This document shows positions 28,221 through 41,782 of a stretch of 64,000 bases of DNA, one piece after another (the first letter of the stretch is position 1; each line of letters opens with the position of its first letter). A model generated the notes under the pieces. The model was not told where the DNA came from. It ran no database searches and was given only the letters and a program-made list of their open reading frames with translations. This DNA comes from Octopus vulgaris (lineage: Eukaryota). The position numbers were made by a program, and so were the translations under genes. The DNA lies in contig OX597816.1 in the NCBI GenBank assembly GCA_951406725.2, forward strand, positions 91,512,001 through 91,576,000, written 5' to 3'.

Positions 28221-29466
28221 TACATGGCATGATTAAACAACCACATATAGAACTAGAAACATAAAAATCTCAATTAATAAAAAATATATACCTTTACAAG
28301 TTAGAATAAATATAAAACGATGTTTTATGGGGTGTCTGTTTACTTCTGTCATGTCTGTGTATATATGACGGGCTGTGTATATATGACCAGATCCACTCAT
28401 GTCTGTGTATATATGATCAGATCCACTCACAAAGCTTTGGTCGGCCCGAGGTTATAGAAGAAGACAGTTGTCCAAAGTTCCACGCAGCGAGACTGAACCT
28501 GGAACTATGTGGTTGGGAGGCAAGTTTCTTACCACACAGCCACGTCTGCGCCTAACTAGAAATTCACTACATATCAAAAGTGTACTTAGCAGTCTGTAAT
28601 GGTACGATGTTGTGCAAATTTGAGTCACACCACTTCAGTCTAATAGCAAAATTACGACAGTCCAGTTTATACGCAACGGTCCTAAAATAAGATTTCATTT
28701 TACATCTCTGAACACTTTCTTTTCTTCATTATTCTTTGTAGTGATATTCTGTACATTCAACTTCGAGAAGAAATGTTCTTCAATCACTTTTGAGCACGAT
28801 TGTTATATATACCTTCAGTTATTATGTACTCTAACTGGGCCTCACATGCAAGGTCATAGGTTATTTATTTTAATATGAGACCATCATGTCGCGCTCATAT
28901 TGTTATGATTCATGTACCTAATGTAGTACCAGGCAGTGGCTCTCGTGGCTTCTGATCTTAACTGATTGGAAGTGTTATCATGTACATTGTTTTGTCTTGA
29001 TATAAAAGATGGGCTACAGCAAATATTCTGCTCAATACCAGATTTGCTTGTCAGTTGTTTGACCTTAACCAGTTGAGCATGTCCCTTAGTGGCTGACGAT
29101 ATGTGCATCTCTGATCACGAACAGAAGTAGTGAGGGAGTATCATAGCCACGAGTTGAAAGGAATTCTTGGAGGTTTGGATAATTCACCTTTGGAAACATG
29201 GGTGTTTCGTTCAACATCCTTAAACAATCCTTATTCAGGGACCTTTTGAGCAGGATGGGCTACTCGACCTGAAGAAAATTCTAACTGGGCCCCACCTGCA
29301 AGGTCATGTGCTGTTTATCTTGATATGAGATCACCATGTCGCACACATATGGTTGTGATGCATGTGCCTAGTGTACCCTTATCAGACGGGTAGTCATGAT
29401 GGGTATACTGGGCTTCGTATATTTTACCCCAGTGTCACTTTGATGGAATGCACTGCTCTCTCACTC

Positions 29467-29547
<81 letters not shown>

Positions 29548-30038
29548 TATAATAATAATAATAATGCAGAGTGAAACTGATTTTTCTTTACGTGACGATC
29601 GTTTCCATGGTTGTTTATTATTTATACTTCACGCATGCAAAGACTGTGTGAAATATCCGTTTCATGTCATCAAACGTGTTTTGAATTATCGGGTTACAAC
29701 CAATCTACGAGAAATATATCCCAGCAACATAAGAAAAATAGGTGTGTCGACATACTGATCAAATGTAAAAGGCTAGATTTAATATTCAACCAATCATCGC
29801 ACTTATCCACTTAGGCATTTATAAATGACATTTAAAATCATAAATTAAGTTATCATATTGTTGTCATAGCAGTTCTCAGAGAATAGATAAACAAACCAGT
29901 TAGGCGTTATAAAGACATCAGCGTAGACAAGCGACTAAAAAGGAAACATCCATAACAAGATAACATTTAAGAAATCAAGGGCAAAACGCAACAAACATTG
30001 AAATATATGTATACGTATACATACACACGCACACACAT

Positions 30039-30088
<50 letters not shown>

Positions 30089-30329
30089 GAAATTTATAGA
30101 AAAACAAAAGACGAAGACAGATGTATGAACAACAAGCAGGTGTATTAGTTTGACGCTCGGGAAAGTGAGAAAGTCTTTTACGTTTCGAGCCTACGCTCTT
30201 CAAAACATATCCATTTACCTACTTATATATATATGTGTGTGTGTGTGTATACGTCTACCTACATAAAAACCTGCTAACAAATATACCTGTGTATGTATAA
30301 ACTGTGGGTATTGGGTATCACTACTTTCT

Positions 30330-32460
30330 ACGTATGTCTCCTATTTAGTACTGGGGATGTTTCATTTATGAGGACATACTTATGTAAATTTCTGAGTACT
30401 GGGTCCTTCGGGGTGCTTGGATAAAATGCGGATGTTAAGTCGACCCAATGTGCCTACATGTTGGTCTTTGGTATGCTGGTAGAATATGGAGGACTGTTTT
30501 TGTTGTCATATTGTCTCAAATGTTCATTTAGTCTCATCGCAATGCTTCTAGATGTTTCACCTATGTATATCATGTTCTTGTCTTTACAAGAATCCTCTAT
30601 GTACCTTATGTTGCAGACTACATTTCTAGTTCTGTAGTTAATGCCAGGGTTAATCTTACATACCATGCAGTTATCATTGGTGCATTTGGTATTCTCAAAG
30701 GGGTACGTTTTACATAGTTGTGATCTGATGGAGCGCCTTGGCTTTTCAACGATTTTAATGTTGAGTTTGGCCTCCTTCCGAACTTTCCTAGTTCTCCATG
30801 CACTGTGGCCTCTACAACCATCACTCCTTTATATTTGTCGGTCTTGTACCACATGTTCACCTTGTTTGCTTTGTCACACACTCTTTCTATTCTATTCCAG
30901 TCTTTGCTTCTATATCTAGGGCAGGTACCATTGGTTTCATTACATATAGTGTTAACTTCTTTCTAGCTCCCCAATATACCCGAACCCTATCTTTCTGATC
31001 GTATCCAGAGAATTGCATGCGGTGCATGAAGTTCTGTACATGTTACTTTGTTTCATAGGGTTTTCATAGTGGAGACACGTTGTTCATTATCTTAACTAAG
31101 TCTGTTATCAGTATGCTGATTTTCATGTTGTGTGACAAAGCTGAGTTCTTGTGAACAACATATTTAGAAGCTTTGGAGGATGGAGTTAACTACGTGTTGG
31201 ATGCTCTCCATTAGGCTCCTCTCAGTTTCTACATTACAGTTACTAGAGTTTGTCCTAACTAGAATATTAATGTCATCTACATACCTACAGTAAAGCGAAA
31301 CAGTTGTGGATTGTTCCGCTAAGGATTGTTTAAGTTTTCTGTCCCACCAGGTCATGAAGAGACCAACCACATCTCCAGCCACACCGACACCAATGGCTGC
31401 AACTTGAACCTGTTAAACTTTACTATGTGGTTCTTCAAGGTGGTTCTTATGCTAGCCGATATTGCATGTGTAATCATTCTTTTCACCTGGTTGTCCAGCC
31501 ACTCTAGCGCACTGCAGTGCTTTTCTTTCTGCCGAGGTGATGGTGGGTGGTCTTCCTCTCTATGATACTGGTGGGGCAGAATCTACTAAGGTCATGGTTG
31601 ACCAGGTAGTTACAAGCATAGCTTAGTTTAAGGAGGCCCAGTTCCCCCGTGCTGACTTAATGGAATTCTACTTCACTTTCATAGATAATCTCAATGCATT
31701 TTTCCACAGCAAAATCTATGTCTGTAGATGGGTATAGTAAAACTAAATCCATACTACCTGCTACACAACCTGTGAGGTCGTTAGAGTGGTTGCAACTACT
31801 GTTTCTACTGAGGAGATCCTCTGTGCTAACACAGACATCTGAGGACATTTCAATGAGTGATCGTAACACCATTGGGAGGAAGTAGGATAACCTATAATTG
31901 CTGGAGATATTCGCTCCGCAAACTGGCCGGGTTGGGGCCCCCATAAGAGGGTTTACGTTGAGTTTTTACTGTCCTTACGTAACCCTATAGCGTAGGAACA
32001 TCGTTGTTGAATGTTTAGAAATTTTGTGCAGTCCGTTTCTTGGGTTGGAGTATGTTGCTCCACATTCCCGTGTGTGCATTGAGGAGTTTTTCCACTCTTT
32101 CATGTTCCTGTGGTGCAACTTCTCTCATGCTACTGATGTGTTGTTGCATGGTCTGGACATAGTTCTGTGGGCAGTCTATTGACAGTCTGCCAGACTTATC
32201 CGTAGGGAGGCACGCTAATTCCCTGTTCCTAATTCGCTGTTTCAGTTTTTGTATGCCCTTGGCAACAGATGAACAGAGTTGAAGGGTCTCCCCCTCGCTA
32301 TGTCTTTTAGTAGTTTTGTTGTGCCGGTTTAAGATGTTTCGGAGTCTATTTCTAGCTAAGGAAATCTTTGCCTCTGTCTCTCTGTCAATCTGTGGTGGAA
32401 TACATACCCTTCAGTTGAAAGATAAGTCTGTGGGGTAGATCCTCGTCATGTCGTATGATT
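30330..32460 (-). mobile_element. Penelope-like element (probably Neptune-type), decayed, in Wnt8 intron
   Basis: PTRPVCG..GSMDLVLLYPS, GLFMTWWD..YCRYVDDINIL (RT), WYK..VMVVEATVHGEL, NVV..IYIGETSRSIAMRLNEH (GIY-YIG). Confidence 0.85.
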
Positions 32461-32671
32461 GGGGTTATAGAAGACAGAGTGTAGAGTGCTACTGGTGTTA
32501 CTATCGTTGTGGTTGTTGTTATAGTTGCTGGCATTACTGTTGCTAGTGGTGGTAGTGGTAGTGCTTGTGTTATGTATATATTTATATATCTATATATTTA
32601 TACACACACATATACACACATACACACACACATATATATATATGTGTGTGTGTGTATAAATATATATATAT

Positions 32672-32716
<45 letters not shown>

Positions 32717-33188
32717 TACTGTGAATTTACAACTGAGTGTAGTTTCCAACGTTTTCGAACAGTCTTTCTTCAAGGTAAAGATAACAGGGGAAATAAAACA
32801 TCCTCCTCCCTTTCTCACCTGATTTCTTTCTCCTGCAGTTTCCTGTCCACGTATGAAGCTCACGTTTTCTTCGGTTTCCCATCAATTTCAACCAGTTTCT
32901 CAAACATAGAGGAAATAAAACTCTACTGTCTTTCTTATATTTCCTTCCTGCCATCTTTACTCTGAAGAAGGACTCTGTCCAAAACATTGGTTACTCCCCT
33001 CCTTACGGCAAATTTTCTGTACTCTTTCTGCCACTCAGTTCTTTATTCCTATTTTGCACAAATTTCACCTCTTCTAGTTATTTAGAACTTTCTACTTTGA
33101 CAAAATAAAACCATTATTTTATTGTTCTGCACAAAAACAAGCTAGAGGTTAACTACTGCAGCATGTCTAGACCAGTGTTTCTTCAAAA

Positions 33189-33266
<78 letters not shown>

Positions 33267-34439
33267 GAGTAGGAGGAGGAGTAGGAGGAGGAGGAGGAGG
33301 AGGAGGAGGAGGAGGATGTGGAGGAGGATGTGGAGGAGGATGTGGAGGAGGAGGAGGAGGAGGAGGAGGAGGAGGGCATGGGCTGTAACAGCGCGTCGCT
33401 GCATCAACTCGTGGCGGATGATGCCTCAGCACCACTCAGGCGACGACCTTCCAACCCATGGGTCTGTCTGAGTAGTCATTACAGGTGAGGCTTTTACAGG
33501 GTCGGGATGCAAATCCTCTCTCAACTTCTCCATTCTCCTTTTGCGATATACAAAGGAAACGTTGGGTTTATTCTTTGACAAGCTGGTCCCCACACAACAT
33601 AGGAAGTTATAGAAAATAGTGGGGAGAAGTGAAATATTGGAACTCGAAAAGTAATTATCCTTATATTTCAAATTTTCAGTGTAGCATGGTGTCCGACCTA
33701 GGTGGTGATTTTTATGGTTTTACCAGATCAACAGGGAACGTTTGAGCAAACATGTTAGAAGCCACTGGTCTAAATTGCTGAAGAGTTTACGAAATAAAGA
33801 TGAAATTATGACTGCAATACAATACACAAATGTTATACATCGCAATGTTTGACGATCCTTCGGTGTCAAAACTGGACCGCAATCGAGACTTTGTCATCCT
33901 TGATTAGTTTCTAATCTTCTACGAAACTCAAATAAGCCTGATATTTGGACACTGTTCATATATTCGGGATAGTACTGCTGCTGCTACAAACAGATACAAA
34001 ACGAAACCATTTGAGTGATCGTCCAATGCATATAACCACTGGATTGCAAACATACTGATTCTTCTACCTCTTCTACACCGGCCTATGCCTCTCTAAATTA
34101 ACTAGTATCTCACCCACGATCCACACGCTTCTCTTACATCATTATTACAATTCTGCTTTAGTGCTTCGTACCAAAACTGCAACTGAAATTTTCTTCATCT
34201 CACCCATATATTTCGCTTTATAAACTTCCACCTCCATATATTGAAGATGAACCTCACCTCCCTCCTTCTCTTCCCACTCAATTTCCTCTAACTGTCTTAT
34301 AAAAATTTCCAATCAATAATGTGGATTATTCAACTCATGTAGTCTGTTGGGTCAAATGGAAAATAATTTTGTGATAATAACATCTATACTTAACGTACTT
34401 TTAAATAAGATTTATTTTTGTAATATAATCTACTTACAG

Positions 34440-34565
34440 CAACACAAGAAGCAAGTTTTGTCCAGAGTATTCTAGCTGCCGGTATCATGCACACTCTGAC
34501 TCGAAGATGTAGTTTAGGACATTTTAGTGACTGTGGCTGTGATGACTCTAAAAAAGGAAAGCGAG
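34440..34565 (+). CDS. Wnt8: Wnt8 coding exon (ATQEASFVQSILAAGIMHTLTRRCSLGHFSDCGCDDSKKGKR)
   Basis: TTACAG acceptor, G|GTAATT donor; E.SF..AG..CS.G..CGCD Wnt motif; phase 1 in, phase 1 out. Confidence 0.94.
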
Positions 34566-35748
34566 GTAATTAAAGAAATTTTTTTAAATTGCTTTGTTTA
34601 ATGAATTCGAATGTAGAAATATAAACAGTTACACGGCATCAATTTATGTTAATTTGTTCTCTAATCGTTCGGATGGAGGCTTGTATTTCAGATCCTTTAA
34701 TGAGATTCCGTCAAACTTTGAGTTTTATGTCAAAGAGCAGGCAAGAAAAAGTGTACAAACATGAATCAACTATGGCTGATTATTGCTCTATATTTTCAAC
34801 ACAACTAATACTATTCTGTCCTTTAAAGTAGTCATGGACAACCCGCGCGCCGTGGGACTTTATGGCAATCCTAACGTAAAATTACATTGAATGTTTTTAT
34901 AGTAAAATGGCTGCCTAATGTTGAATCAAGTCTCATGCGGCACGCTTCTCAGAAAAAGGTTTCCCAAGCTTACTTTAATGTCTCAACTTCTCCCAACGCA
35001 AACAGAGAACTGACTGAACCGTTAGAACGTCGGACAGTATGCCTCGCAGTATTTATTCCACCTTACTGCGCTCTGAGTTCAAATCCCACCGTGGTCAATT
35101 AAGCCATGGTACGATGGAAAATGTACCAATCCAGTCTGGTGGATTGACAGAATTTTTAAGAACGTTGGACTGAATGCCTTGCAAGTATTTGTTTTGGCTC
35201 TTTGCGCTCTGAGTTCAAATCCTGCCATGACACACTTGGTTGATAGATTTAATACATCATTTGTTTAAAACTAATACCTAGAACCTTAAATAAATTTAGC
35301 AGAGTCTACTCTGCCGCAAGAATTTAATCCAAAAATTCAGTTTGAGGAGACTGAATTTCCTCCAAAATTAGAAAATTAAAAAAGAACTAAAACCTATACT
35401 GTAAATTAGGTTGGAGTTGAAATATCTGATTTATATTTTACTTTATTAAACTTAATGCTTTAATTTCTTTTTTGAAAAATAATTGTTTAAATGGTAGTTA
35501 AATATAAAGCAATACTAACTATTAGAATATAATTACAAAACAAATAAATAAAATATGAAGCAAATGAGAAATGAGAATTATTAACCGTTAAATTCTGTGA
35601 AATTCTTTTATTTTAACTGCTGTTGTTGTTGGTGTTGGTGGTGGATGGCTGTCGTTGAAAACATATCTCAATGAATCTATGAATACGATATAAATAAATA
35701 ACTGTTTGTATTGCACAGAAAAAGAAACTTTGTTTTATTTTGTTTTAG

Positions 35749-35891
35749 GTGGTCATAACTGGCTGTGGAGTGGCTGTAGTGATGATGTCCGGTTCAGTGC
35801 TAGAGTCTCGAAACAATTGATTGATTCTCTGGAGAAAGGAAAAGATGCTTTAGCCTCCATGAAGCTTCACAACAACGAAGTCGGTCGTATG
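35749..35891 (+). CDS. Wnt8: Wnt8 coding exon (GGHNWLWSGCSDDVRFSARVSKQLIDSLEKGKDALASMKLHNNEVGRM)
   Basis: TTTTAG acceptor; DSLEKGKDA..M.LHNN is Wnt8-like; the phase-0 end requires donor GCAAGT. Confidence 0.93.
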
Positions 35892-36094
35892 GCAAGTATT
35901 GTAGATTGCAGCATTAAAATCGAAAAACAACTTTAATGAACATAAATAATAAATTCCATTAGCTAAATATTAAAATCGTTCTATTTGATTTAAATTTTAA
36001 AAAATTAAATTATAATTTGGGTAGTGAATTAAATCCGTTTTTCAAAAATTCTTAGTAATATATTTTTAAAAAATGAACTTCCGTCGTAATCATC

Positions 36095-36460
36095 ATCATG
36101 TGTGCATGTCATTATTCAGTTTTATTTCAAGATTTCTTGACAATAGAGAAAGAGCCGGTTTCTAAGTTAGATCCAAGGCTCCTTCATTGGAATTTCAATA
36201 TCAACAACAGGGTATTTTTTTATGTATGTATGTATGTATGTATGTATGTATGTATGTATGTATGTATGTATGTATGTATGCATGTATTAAGTATGTATAT
36301 GTACAAATTTGTGTGCTTTGTTTTATGTATGTCTTCTCATGCTTATATATACTTAAATGATAAACTTCTGGAAAATTTTACTGATTTTTACAGTTCCAGT
36401 GATGGTTTGGATCTGTAGTCTTCGAATCAACTTTCTCCTTTCTGGTTTTGAGAAACTTAA
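36095..36460 (-). mobile_element. 3' end of an REL-LINE family inside the last Wnt8 intron
   Basis: Reverse complement of the 47810-47960 tail (LQIQ.ITGTVKI..F..LSF). Confidence 0.7.
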
Positions 36461-36806
36461 TTTCGGGCTTCGTGCCTAGAGTAGAAGATTATTATCATTA
36501 TTATTACTGGCGAGCTGGCAGAATCGTTAGCACGTTGGATGAAATGTTTGGCGGTATTTCGCCCATCGCTATGTTCTGAGATTAAATTCCGCCGAGGTCG
36601 ACTTTGCCTTTCATCCTTTCGGGGTTGATATATTAAGTACTAGTTGCGTATTGGGGTCGATGTAATCGACTAGTCCCGTCCCCACAAATTTCAGATCTTG
36701 TGCCTTCAGTAGAAAGAATTATTGTTGTTGTTTTGTTGTTGTTTTTGTTTTTGTTGTTGTAATTACAGTTCTATGACAGTTTATTCATTGTTCTACTTAT
36801 TTTCAG

Positions 36807-37304
36807 GCTGTACGAAAAACAATGAAGACCATTTGTAAATGTCACGGCGTGTCTGGAAGTTGCACCACGAAAACTTGTTGGCGCCAACTGGCAAACTTTC
36901 GGCGAGTGGGCTACTATTTGAAAAAGCGTTACTTTAAGAGTTTACATGTAAACTTTCAGGAAGGCAAACTCGGTGAATGGAATGTGGCAAGCGGTCAAGG
37001 ACTGTCGTTAGTATCCAAAACTGACTTAGTATATCTAGAAAAATCTCCCGATTATTGCAAGCAAAATGTATCACTCGCTATAAAAGGTACACTTAACAGA
37101 GAGTGTAAACGACCAAACAAATCAGAAAAAATATCCAAATGGGAAAGAAGGAGCTGTCAACGGCTCTGTTTAAGTTGTGGTTATCGAATAAAGCATTGGA
37201 CTGAAGAGGTTCTAGTTAGCTGTCATTGTAAATTTCTCTGGTGTTGCGCTGTGAAGTGTAGAAAATGCTTAGAGAAAACGGACAAATACTCATGCCGAAA
37301 ATAA
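36807..37304 (+). CDS. Wnt8: Wnt8 terminal coding exon
   Basis: TTTCAG acceptor; AVRKTMKTICKCHGVSGSCTTKTCWRQL (lipidated Ser motif), DLVYLEKSPDYC, Wnt8-type WERRSC.RLC..CG, CHCKFLWCCAVKC..C..YSC, stop TAA. Confidence 0.97.
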   Translation, partial: AVRKTMKTICKCHGVSGSCTTKTCWRQLANFRRVGYYLKKRYFKSLHVNFQEGKLGEWNVASGQGLSLVSKTDLVYLEKSPDYCKQNVSLAIKGTLNRECKRPNKSEKISKWERRSCQRLCLSCGYRIKHWTEEVLVSCHCKFLWCCAVKCRKCLEKTDKYSCRK

Positions 37305-37347
<43 letters not shown>

Positions 37348-37805
37348 CCTCCCTCCCTCTCCATATATATATATATATATATATATATGTGCATACATAA
37401 ATACACGCACATGCATATAAGTACACATATATGCGTGTGTATATATATATATGTGTGTATGTATGTGTGCGTGTAGATATATATATATGCATGCATGTAT
37501 ACACATGTGTGCGTGTATGTATGTATACACATACGCATACATACACACACGCACGCACACACACACATATATATAACACGCCCATATACACACATCATAC
37601 TCACACGTATACAAATACACAGATGCACTGTTTCTCCGTAACAACCATTATGTTTAAAACTCTCCTCCATTTATTCTCCAGTATAAACCCTGCCTGTCCT
37701 ATGGATCTTTCTCATCTCCACGTTTTGTTTTTTTCTGTTTTTAACCTCACCATTTTAAACCACTTAGAATCTGTATACTGACGTGTTTTCCTTGGACACT
37801 TGAGG

Positions 37806-37811
37806 AATAAA
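37806..37811 (+). promoter_or_regulatory. candidate Wnt8 polyadenylation signal AATAAA
   Basis: First AATAAA seen downstream of the microsatellite block that follows the stop codon; no transcript evidence. Confidence 0.3.
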
Positions 37812-40256
37812 AATCGATAGTACAATTCCATATATTAGTCATATCGATTGAATATTCGAATTTTGTGAGTATGATATACAGGAAAACAATGAGAATTCTT
37901 TTCATATATGGAGATATTTTCTGGAAGAAAATACCTGGAATTGGACCGTTTCTTAGTTTCCAAAAATGAGATGCTTTAGAAACTCCTGCTACAATTACAT
38001 AGTAATATGTTTTAAGTAAACATGTCTGTGTTGTTTTTCCTTGAATTATATATGGCATTATCAAGATAATTTTGGAGCTCCCAATTGCATCTTTAGAGTA
38101 TATTTATAACATTTACTTTTACACCGCGTTTTTGAGTGTGTCAATATCCGGTCATTAACTGGTATCTTTTTCCTAAATATGTATATTATCCCAGTTGTCT
38201 TCTCACTGACAAGTACCAGCCTCGCACCCGTCAAAATATTAAGAGAAAGGTTTTTTTTTTTTTTTTTTTTTGTGGGCCCACCCTTTCGTTATTGATGAAA
38301 TGACAAAAATCAATTTTGCTCCATATAATTATTATTTCTTCAAGAAGGTGTTTGACAAGTTTAAAAAGTTAGAAACCACCTAAATTCTATTAAACATAGT
38401 AATTTCTCCACCCCTTTCCAGTTTCCACAGCCCCTATGACCACTACTACCACCAAGGTGTCTGAGAAATATCGCATTATCACCATTATACGAAGTAGGCT
38501 TCTTTATTTTTAAGCAAAGGTTAGTGACAACTTATCCACTAAGCTCCCTGATCAACCTGAAACAATACATTTATTCAGGGATAAGACACTTGATGATTAC
38601 CAGAGGCCGAGGCAATCGAAACTGGTGTAAAAGGTATGTTAAATATAAACCTATTAAAGATGAGATTGAGAGTCTGAAAAATGATCGTCTTAACAAAAGT
38701 TTATCTCAGAACTTTAGACATTTAATCAATATGTAACACAATCTTTAATTTTGAAATATTTATTCCAGATGGCGATTATTTCTTTTTTTCAAACAGGTAT
38801 ACAATGTGGAAACAATATGTTTTCTTTTTCCTACCTTGATAATGATATTAAACAGGATGTGTTATCGTTTGGCAGAGATAGTTTATGTGTACTCATTATA
38901 TATGTTTGTAACTTCAGTTTGCATGTTATAACTATAAACTTCTGTTGCGATCCTGGTTTAGCATGATGTTAAAAAAACAGTGTTGCTTTTTTTCTTTTCT
39001 ATTTTTCAGCACTTCATCTCACACAGTCGCGTTTACATATCTATTTATCTGAAGTGTTTACCTTTCTCTCAAGATTTTTATTTCTTCTTGAAACATACGA
39101 CACACTATTTTTTTTTTTTTTTTTTCGCATTTTTCAAGCCTAGCCAGGCTCATGGGCCGGCAGCGTTACTCAAGAAACAGGAAGAGAGAGCGAGAGAAAG
39201 TTGTGGCGAAAGAGTACAACAGGGATCGCCACCACTCCTACCGGAGCCTCGTGGAGCTTTTAGGTGTTTTCGCTCAATAAACACACACAACGCCCGGTCT
39301 AGGAATCGAAACTGCGATCCTCCGAGCGCGAGACCGTTGCTCTAATAATCACTGGGCCATTACGCCTCCACTGCGCCCTTTTAAAGCCTAGCCAGGCTCA
39401 TGGTCCCGGTGTCCCGGTTTCAATGGCGTATGTGCTCTCCAGTTGGATGGGACGCCAGTCCATCGCAGCGTTACTCATTTTTGCCAGCTGAGTGGACTGG
39501 AGCAACGTGAAACGAAGTATTTTGCTCAAGAACACAACGCGTCGCCCGGTCCAGGAATCGAAACCACAATCTTACGATCATGATGCTGACACCCTAACCA
39601 ATAAGCTACGCGCCTCCACACAACACTAATTACTAAAGATAATATTGCTTCATATTTTTCTTCGCAAAAGTTTACATTCTATTATCATCTAAGCTAACGA
39701 CTGTTATTTTGCTGCTGATGTTCTATTGAGTGAATTGCCAAGATACTTAACCGATATAACCTAGTTAGTTACTTAACTGTTAATACTGTTACTTAATTGT
39801 AAATAGGTGCCACGAATACAAAATTTATGTAATTTCTAGATTTCAATACTGCTAATGTTGTTTAGAGAAGGATAGACCACGTCAAGGTGACTTACTTTTA
39901 GTACACTTCATGAAGACGATATCTTCATTAGTATTCTGAACATCGATGGTTCACTAACATACTTGTGTAATAAATACTCCGCATACAGACACAGGCCATA
40001 AGTTTCGGCATGTCTGTCTTTACGTTCTGAGTTCAAATTCCGCCGAGGTCGACTTTGCCTTTCATCTTTTCGGGGTCGATAACTTAAGTACCAGTTGCGT
40101 ACTGGGGTCGATCTAATCGACTTGCCACCTCCCCAAAAATTTCGGGCTTTGTACCTAGACTAGAAAAAAAAAAATTTCGTCATAGCTGTGTTCGACAAGA
40201 AATTATCTGATTAACACAACAGTTATCAATATTTATATCACATAATACATGAAATA

Positions 40257-40415
40257 CGAAGGGGTGCTGAAAAGTTTCTGGCTTTGGGTAAAAGAAAATA
40301 CAGAAGGATCAGTTAATTATGATTTTGTTCAACATATTCTCCTCTCAGATTCACACACTTATTGCAACGGTCGTTCAGTTTTCCTAAGTCCAAGGAACTT
40401 TTCAACACTCCCTCG
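40257..40415. mobile_element. mariner-derived MITE
   Basis: Imperfect TIRs cgaaggggtgctgaaaagttt / aacttttcaacactccctcg, TA on the left; similar to the TIRs of the 53375-54787 mariner. Confidence 0.65.
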
Positions 40416-40416
40416 C

Positions 40417-40496
<80 letters not shown>

Positions 40497-40676
40497 CAGC
40501 TTTTATATACTCTTGCTACGCAATCCTTAAATTAATACCTCACTGGTACGTAATATCTTAATGAACTTCTCCTTCTCCTTCTCTCTCCTCCTTCTCCTCC
40601 TCCTTCTCTACTTCTTCTTCTTCTTCTCCTCCTTCTGCCGCCGTCACTATAACCACCACCACTACCACTACTCCCG

Positions 40677-40779
<103 letters not shown>

Positions 40780-41085
40780 GCCTTGTGAGTGGATTTGGTA
40801 GACAGAAACTGAAAGAAGCCTGTCGTATATATATATATGCGTTTGTGTGTCTGTATTTGTCCCCCTAGCATTGCTTGACAACCGATGCTGGTGTGTTTAC
40901 ATCCCCGTCACTTAGCGGTTCGGCAAAAGAGACCGATAGAATAAGTACTGGGCTTACAAAAGAATAAGTCCCGGGGTCGAGTTGCTCGACTAAAGGCGGT
41001 GCTCCAGCATGGCCACAGTCAAATGACTGAAACAAGTAAAAGAGAAAGAGAAAGAGAAAGAGAAAAGATAATAATAATAATAATG

Positions 41086-41156
<71 letters not shown>

Positions 41157-41309
41157 CACAACAAATAAGTAAGTAAGTAAGTAAATTAAGTAACTAACTG
41201 ACTAATTAAACTAACGAATAAACAAAGGATAGTGCTTTTGAGATGGGTACAATGTTTCTTATAGGTTTTAACTCAGAACTAGATCAGGGAAACAAATATA
41301 TATATATAT

Positions 41310-41370
<61 letters not shown>

Positions 41371-41504
41371 ATAATAAATATTAGGGAATAAATCCAAACT
41401 TACAGGGAAAAATCAGATTTAGGATTGAATCCAATTTTATAGTAAATGTATTGGCTTAAGTTTTTCATTGTTTGATTTGCCTAATAGTGCTTTTGTCTCT
41501 AATT

Positions 41505-41583
<79 letters not shown>

Positions 41584-41721
41584 ACTTATAAACAACAGCA
41601 AAAGAAAAAATTCTAATGCCAAATATGCCGAAAATAGACAAATCGTCAATAACCATATAATTTATAGCTATAAGCATGCGTCTCGAAGTAAGCCGACAGA
41701 AATTTCTAAAAAATTCCGTTA

Positions 41722-41782
41722 TTATCGTATCGGTCCCAATTTCAGAGTTAATTCATAAGAACTTTCTCCTCGTCAGCGATAA
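41722..41782 (-). ncRNA. type I hammerhead ribozyme in a probable Penelope pLTR fragment
   Basis: Minus strand TTATCG-CTGACGA-GGAG(aaagttcttatgaattaa)CTCT-GAAA-TTGGGACCGA-TA-CGATAA. Intact core with three stems. Confidence 0.8.

Noticed and set aside
35706-35936. ORF-track start and end for the Wnt exon (MYCTEK...IEKQL)
   Set aside because: The flanking residues are intronic; the true exon is 35749-35891.
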